From the NCBI GenBank assembly GCA_017999915.1, contig JAGNKX010000010.1, positions 12,381-76,380 of the forward strand: DNA of 64,000 bases, read 5' to 3'. The position numbers and the translations under genes are program-made. The notes under the pieces are model-generated. The model worked only from the letters and a program-made list of their open reading frames with translations. It ran no database searches and had not been told where the DNA came from. Position 1 is the first letter of the stretch. Each line of letters starts with the position of its first letter. Positions 59,917 through 64,000 of the stretch are shown in pieces. This stretch comes from Spirochaetota bacterium (lineage in GTDB: Bacteria > Spirochaetota > UBA4802 > UBA5550).

Positions 59917-60048
59917 CTTTTCCTCTTGGGTTATAGGCCTGTTGACTTTTTTCTTTGATGTTGATATCATCATTAATTATCGGTTTCATGATTATGAAAA
60001 TGATGATAAATTGAATTGTTGTATATCTACTTATGATTACTCATCTTG

Positions 60049-60070
60049 GTCCACGCCGCCTTCGGCGGCT
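60049..60070. repeat. second GC hairpin with TTCG loop (cca c gccgcc ttcg ggcggc tgg) plus gattaaatat..ttaattaa tail; paralog of 21213..21275
   Basis: Shares the 15-mer cgccgccttcggcggc. Confidence 0.5.
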
Positions 60071-60271
60071 GGATTAAATATCGTTAATTAAAAGAATTCT
60101 AATAATAAATGAATAATATGTCAACAATCTTTATTCTATAAAATAGAATTCCGTCCATCCGGTATGGCATCCTGAAATTCGGGGAGTATATTTTAACCAT
60201 AGCCGTGAGGTCTTAAACTTGACAAAAATCAGCATAAAAAAAGATCATTACAATTACTTAAGGAGGATAAT

Positions 60272-62074
60272 ATGAGCAGCGAATATATTGGTACAATGAT
60301 ACGCGAAAGCGTAAAAAAGTTCGGCGCGTCGGTTGCCATGCGTTACAAGGAAAATGATGTATGGAAGCAAATTACCTATAATGAATTGGGCGGATTGATA
60401 AAGGAAGTCGCCAAAGCCCTTCTTGAGTATGATGTGAAGGAAGGCGAAATGGTGGGGATCTTCGCCCAGAATATGCCCCAATGGTCTATCGCCGATTTTG
60501 GGATTCTTTCTGTCCGGGGAGTGTCGGTGCCTATCTATGCCACCAATACGGCAAAACAGGCGGAATATATCGTCAATGACGCTGAGATCCGGGTATTGTT
60601 CGTCGGCGACAAGGTCCAGTATGATAAAGTAACATCATTCATTGATTCATCCAAGTATCTAAAGAAGGTCATTGTTTTTGATGAAAAGGTCCAGCTCAAG
60701 GGCGCCCATTCTGTATATCTTAAGGATTTCCTTGAGCTTGGTAAAAAATCGACGAAGGACTCCACCGTTGAAGAGAGACTGGGACGGGGTTCCGTCGATG
60801 ATATCGCGACCCTGATATACACATCGGGGACCACCGGCGATCCCAAGGGCGCGATCCTCACCCATGGCAATTTTGCCCACCAGATGCGCGCCATTGACGA
60901 GCGCTTCTCGGTCGGCGTCGGCGACCGGAGCCTCTGCTTCCTGCCGTTGAGCCACGCCTACGAGCGGACATGGTCATATTACGTGTTCCGGACCGGCGCG
61001 GAGAACAATTATGTTGCCGATCAGAAGAAGATCGTGGAATTCATGCCTGATGTGAAACCCACGGCAATGGTCAGCGTGCCGCGGTTATACGAAAAAATAT
61101 ATTCGACAGTTTTTGACAGGCTGAAAAAAGCCTCTCCCGCCAAGGTCAAGCTCTTCCACTGGGCCCTGCGTACCGGGAAGACCTACCAGTACAAAAAGAA
61201 AAACAGGAAATTCATCGGCCCCTGGCTCGCGGTGCGGCACTCCCTGGCCGATGCCCTTGTACTGAAAAAGATCCGCGATGTCGTGGGCGGCCCGAAGAAT
61301 TTCTTCTCCGCCGGCGGCGCGCCTCTATCGATAGATATCGAGGAGTTCTTTTTTGCCGCCGGTCTCCTGGTATGCCAGGGATACGGCCTTACCGAATCAT
61401 CGCCCATGATCTCATGCAACGCGCCGGGGGCCTTTAAATTCGGCACCGTGGGCAGGCCCATCAAGGACTGCGAAGTGAAGATCGATGATACGGGCGAAAT
61501 CCTTGCTCGCGGCGGCAACATCATGAAGGGATATTACAAGAAGCCCGAGGCCACGGCGGATACCCTCGTCAACGGATGGCTCAAGACCGGCGATGTGGGC
61601 ATCATCGACGAAGACGGATTTTTGAAAATCACCGACCGGATCAAGGACCTCATCATAACATCGCAGGGCAAGAACATCGCGCCCCAGCATATTGAGACCC
61701 TGGTGGGCATGGATCACTATATAGAACAGATCGCCACCATCGGCGACAAGCGGAAATATGTTACGGCCTTAATCGTACCGTCCTTTGTGGCCCTGGAACA
61801 GTGGGCGAAGGAAAACAACATATCCTTCAGCTCCCGCGAGGACCTGGTGAAGCATCCCGACGTCATCAAGTTCTATGAAAAACGGATTGCCGACCAGTCG
61901 AAGGAGCTGGCCAATTATGAGAAGATCAAGCGCTTCACCCTCATGGCGACTGAATTCACCCAGGACGGGGGCGAGCTGACGCCGACCCTCAAGATCAAGA
62001 GAAAAGTGGTCGGCGAGAAATACAAAGAACTTATCGACTCGATGTATGCTGATGCCGGAGTGGCCGGCGACTAA
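60272..62074 (+). CDS. long-chain-fatty-acid--CoA ligase (AMP-dependent synthetase)
   Basis: TSGTTGDPKG AMP-binding motif, GYGLTE, C-terminal K; ~600 aa FadD/ACSL-type. Confidence 0.9.
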   Translation: MSSEYIGTMIRESVKKFGASVAMRYKENDVWKQITYNELGGLIKEVAKALLEYDVKEGEMVGIFAQNMPQWSIADFGILSVRGVSVPIYATNTAKQAEYIVNDAEIRVLFVGDKVQYDKVTSFIDSSKYLKKVIVFDEKVQLKGAHSVYLKDFLELGKKSTKDSTVEERLGRGSVDDIATLIYTSGTTGDPKGAILTHGNFAHQMRAIDERFSVGVGDRSLCFLPLSHAYERTWSYYVFRTGAENNYVADQKKIVEFMPDVKPTAMVSVPRLYEKIYSTVFDRLKKASPAKVKLFHWALRTGKTYQYKKKNRKFIGPWLAVRHSLADALVLKKIRDVVGGPKNFFSAGGAPLSIDIEEFFFAAGLLVCQGYGLTESSPMISCNAPGAFKFGTVGRPIKDCEVKIDDTGEILARGGNIMKGYYKKPEATADTLVNGWLKTGDVGIIDEDGFLKITDRIKDLIITSQGKNIAPQHIETLVGMDHYIEQIATIGDKRKYVTALIVPSFVALEQWAKENNISFSSREDLVKHPDVIKFYEKRIADQSKELANYEKIKRFTLMATEFTQDGGELTPTLKIKRKVVGEKYKELIDSMYADAGVAGD

Positions 62075-62115
62075 AATTCGAAACGAATAGGGCCCCTGCG
62101 GGGGCCCGTTCCTGT

Positions 62116-63219
62116 TTAATACAGGATAAACTCTCCCGTTCCCAGGAGCTGGCCGCCGTCGGTCCAGACCTCCACCGTGTATATCCCCTGGCCCTCGAGA
62201 ATTGCTCGACGGGACCACGTCCCGAATCCTTCCTTTCTTCCTCCCTTGATTTCACTCAAGGAAATGGTCAGGAGCTTTCGGCTGTTGTGGTACCATACAT
62301 GGTTTATTTTTTCACTGAGGCCGCGGGGCGCAAAGATTGATGAGTAGAAATAAACCTCCGGTGTTTGAGCGGCCTTTGCCCTGTTGAAGGGATTCCATGG
62401 CCTGTAATTCTCAATGTTGATGCACGCCGTTGCTTTCGTGAGTTTCAGGGGTGAGGGAGGAATCAGGCCTCTTCCCAGCCATAACAGGGCGAGGCTAAGA
62501 ATTATGCCAAGGAGATATACCAGAGTGTTCTTTACGCTCTTCAGCATATCAATGTGGGGATAAACAAATACAATTACTGCCAGTGCGGCGATGCCGCCGG
62601 ATATAAGCAGGCTCCAGATGTTCCTCATTCCCATGAGTATGGGAAAGAGAAAGTTCAGTACGCAAAAGAACGTGAGCGCGTAGAACAGGGAGCTTCGTAA
62701 GGGATGACGCGCCACGAGACTCTGGTAGAGTTGAAACCATCCGGCGATGACAGCAAGGCCTACGATTACCGGGGCGAATAGTATATTGCGTGATGGAAAA
62801 GTCATGGATTCAAAATAAAACGGAAGTACGAAAAGGAGCATGTTGTTGATGATAAATATCAGGGCCGTATCCCAGAGGGAAGTTAATATGCCTGCCTTTG
62901 GCTTTGCCAGGTATAGGCGGAAGGTGATGTAGAAAAATGCGAAGATGACGGAAACTATTATAATGGGAACATATTCGAATCCCTTTTTAAAGAGCAGTAT
63001 TACAATAAGGCTCGTTACAAGGGAGAAGATGGGCTGAAGTTTCATGATACGCTGGATTCCCATGGGCCAGATGTCGAAGATGGAGCGCAGATACCGGATC
63101 GTTCCCTGAAATCCGTCGGGGTAGTCGCTCCGTGGAGGAATACCTTCTGTGTAATATTGAAAGGTTCGTTTTATCATGGTTCGGTTGATAGTAACAATTA
63201 CCTCGGGATAAGATGTCAA
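62116..63219 (-). CDS. polytopic membrane protein, hypothetical
   Basis: About 7 TM helices followed by a soluble C-terminal domain. Confidence 0.55.
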   Translation of the reverse strand: MTSYPEVIVTINRTMIKRTFQYYTEGIPPRSDYPDGFQGTIRYLRSIFDIWPMGIQRIMKLQPIFSLVTSLIVILLFKKGFEYVPIIIVSVIFAFFYITFRLYLAKPKAGILTSLWDTALIFIINNMLLFVLPFYFESMTFPSRNILFAPVIVGLAVIAGWFQLYQSLVARHPLRSSLFYALTFFCVLNFLFPILMGMRNIWSLLISGGIAALAVIVFVYPHIDMLKSVKNTLVYLLGIILSLALLWLGRGLIPPSPLKLTKATACINIENYRPWNPFNRAKAAQTPEVYFYSSIFAPRGLSEKINHVWYHNSRKLLTISLSEIKGGRKEGFGTWSRRAILEGQGIYTVEVWTDGGQLLGTGEFILY

Positions 63220-63698
63220 ATGATATTTGGATAGTTATCGGTAAGTATTATCTCTGGATTGGTGAAGCCCCAGTAGATTTGTATTTTTCGAACTCCATTT
63301 TTTAAATTGAAAGAAAAGTAATAATTATGAAAGAGATAGTTATCGGTAATTTCTTCTGTTGATTTATGATTGATAAGAAAATGAATATTTTTCAGATATT
63401 TGCTAATAGCCAGTGCAATTATAAGCGATAAAGACATTTTATAAACCTTCCTAAGATCAAGGCATAATTCATATTCGTCTTCACGAAGGGTAATGTGGAA
63501 TTTAGCCCATTGCGATACAGAATCTCTTTCCTGGTATTTAACCGGTGATTTCAGGATTTCCACTTCATTTTGATCTTCGAGAAACTGTTTTATAAGTAGT
63601 CGTATTATATTGGTTCTTGATAACTGTAGCGTTATTGATGCTTGATTCAATTCATCCATAGTCCTTTTACTCATATTGATTGTGGTTTGTATTTCCAT
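63216..63698 (-). CDS. hypothetical protein encoded in a low-GC (~32%) island carrying three GATAGTTATCGGTAA direct repeats
   Basis: 160-aa ORF; the repeated DNA 15-mer produces the repeated peptide TDNY twice; a third copy lies upstream of the start. Confidence 0.4.
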   Translation of the reverse strand: MEIQTTINMSKRTMDELNQASITLQLSRTNIIRLLIKQFLEDQNEVEILKSPVKYQERDSVSQWAKFHITLREDEYELCLDLRKVYKMSLSLIIALAISKYLKNIHFLINHKSTEEITDNYLFHNYYFSFNLKNGVRKIQIYWGFTNPEIILTDNYPNII

Positions 63699-63780
63699 GG
63701 GGGTTCTCCTTGATTTGATCTATCAAAGAGTATTACGAATTACAAAAGTAATTGTTAAAAATAAAGATAGTTATCGGTAA
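63230..63780 (+). repeat. three direct copies of GATAGTTATCGGTAA (63230, 63335, 63766)
   Basis: Identical 15-mers; related copies at 44177, 50693, 50833. Confidence 0.7.
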
Positions 63781-63824
63781 ATATTTCAGGTAAATATATG
63801 GATCGTGAGGAATTCCTATAGTAA

Positions 63825-64000
63825 TCATCTCTTTTTAGGTTTCGCCCTGTTCGTGGGCTCCGCTTCGCGCGGATTATCAGGCCAGTAATGACGGGGATAC
63901 CGCCCTTTTAGCTCTTTTTTTACATCTGGATATGAACGGTCCCAGAATCCATCAAGATCACGGGTGATCTGAATGGGTCTTTGGGCAGGGGACAGTAAAT
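63825..64000 (-). CDS. 3' end of a minus-strand gene running off the window (hypothetical)
   Basis: Open frame ending ...YPRHYWPDNPREAEPTNRAKPKKR*; not in the ORF table because it is truncated by the window edge. Confidence 0.3.
   Translation of the reverse strand, partial: LLSPAQRPIQITRDLDGFWDRSYPDVKKELKGRYPRHYWPDNPREAEPTNRAKPKKR

Noticed and set aside
1-64000. tRNA, rRNA, tmRNA, CRISPR arrays, transposase or integrase genes
   Set aside because: Scanned intergenic regions for cloverleaf-compatible GTGGC/TTCGA-type signatures and repeat-spacer arrays and found none; no ORF with DDE, tyrosine or serine recombinase motifs.

Overview
High-GC (~60%) bacterial chromosomal window from a Gram-negative-type organism (OmpA, LolA-like, TolA/CpoB-like and outer-membrane-barrel proteins present). 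No rRNA, tRNA, CRISPR array or obvious transposase/integrase gene was found. Coding density is high. Main content: a 5' partial PON-like lactonase; a giant class-A PBP-like protein (GT51 + transpeptidase) with cytoplasmic, TPR and K/E-rich extensions; a signal-transduction island (STAS, 1365-aa multi-PAS/GAF HisKA_2 kinase, REC-PAS-HisKA_3 hybrid kinase, NarL-type RR with a broken start, two paralogous MCPs, one with a periplasmic CZB-like domain); trxB, a UshA-like 5'-nucleotidase and an HD hydrolase; a PQQ-propeller-OmpA protein, an OM barrel and LolA-like/ComEC genes; a six-gene plus-strand operon (RsbW-like GHKL-HDOD fusion, Maf/DUF115, secreted protein, TolA-like, CpoB-like TPR, DtxR-family regulator); a stand-alone EF-G paralog; an MFS/nitroreductase/enoyl-CoA hydratase/YgiQ radical-SAM/ferredoxin-nitroreductase/TetR/ABC-F block; and a minus-strand signalling cluster (STAS antagonist, PrsW-like protease fused to a cNMP-binding domain, ADP-forming acyl-CoA synthetase, 7TMR-DISM-PAS-PP2C phosphatase). 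The intergenic DNA carries several unexplained repeat families: about 17 copies of GGKGYCAGAGYAA; 6 copies of GATAGTTATCGG, three of them in a terminal low-GC island; a 20-mer found twice; paired GC hairpins with a TTCG loop; a 44-bp perfect palindrome; and a ~200-bp MITE-like element with ~45-bp terminal inverted repeats. The strongest candidates for an undescribed system are the partner-switch-like clusters, which combine STAS, PP2C and RsbW-like GHKL domains with unusual output domains (PrsW protease with cNMP-binding, HDOD, Maf). Coordinates of non-ORF elements were hand-counted and may be off by 1-2 nt.
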